Shown: positions 63,454-64,000 of the stretch, piece by piece
How positions within the stretch are numbered: the first letter of the stretch is position 1
Layout of the letters: every line of letters begins with the position of its first letter
Assembly (NCBI GenBank): GCA_951406725.2
Contig: OX597816.1
Location: 165,912,001-165,976,000 of the forward strand
DNA from: Octopus vulgaris
Lineage: Eukaryota
Direction: 5' to 3'
Length of the DNA stretch: 64,000 nt
Notes under the pieces: model-generated
Told to the model about the DNA's origin: nothing
The model's input: the letters and a program-made list of their open reading frames with translations, nothing else
Database searches by the model: none
Program-made: the position numbers and the translations under genes

Positions 63454-64000
63454 GGTTGTATGGAATGTCATAGTCTTGCTGTACGTTCGAACTTCTAAAC
63501 GGAAGTTTTAGCTTTGTTGATAAATAAGTATCGTGCTTTGAGTGAGAGCGCGTGGCTTAGTGGTTAGGGGTTTTCGGCTCATAATTGTAAGGTCGTGAGT
63601 TCAATTCCCGCCGGCGCGTTGTGTCCTTGAGCAAGACACTTTATTTCACGTTGCTCCAGTCCACTCAGCTGGCAAATATGAGTAGCACCTGTATTCCAAA
63701 GGACCAGCCTTGTTACACACTGTCACGCTGAATCTCCCCGAGAACTACGTTAAGGGTACACGTGTTTGTGGAGCGCTCAGCCACTTACACGTTAATTTTA
63801 CTATCAAGCTGTTCCGTTGATCGTATCAGCTGGGACCCTCGTCGTCGCAACCGACGGAGTGCTCCTATTATTTTATAATTGTGTTTGATGTCTTAAAAGA
63901 TGCACGAGTATATAAGAACTCAATTTCAGCTGTGCTTATCCTTGAAAAAAGTATTTTTGGTGAAGTAACGCGCGTAATATTTCGGCAATCCTAAGGTGGC

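Overview
This is repeat-saturated, AT-rich animal genomic DNA. The SINE families and TA/TG/TATG microsatellites suggest a cephalopod, probably Octopus (inference from recall, not a database result). I cannot support any host protein-coding gene, and almost all listed ORFs are microsatellite or SINE artefacts. Main contents: (1) a near-intact, full-length 6.1-kb Helitron (24918-31060, minus) with exact TC...CTAG ends, intact HUH/Y2 Rep and PIF1-helicase motifs, and one 2-bp frameshift in an N-terminal repeat region. It sits at an A|T site inside a 183-bp tandem array of SINE heads. (2) Four or five further degenerate or non-autonomous Helitrons, four of which share its 3' hairpin; one is chimeric. 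(3) Penelope-like (PLE) palindromes and short non-coding units, nearly all embedded in (TA)n tracts, carrying about 14 minimal type-I hammerhead-ribozyme motifs. Some motifs have family-fixed non-canonical cores. (4) Three SINE families, MITEs, and fragments of Tx1/L1-, CR1- and R4/Dong-like LINEs and of mariner. All calls were made by eye, and boundaries of degenerate repeats are approximate.
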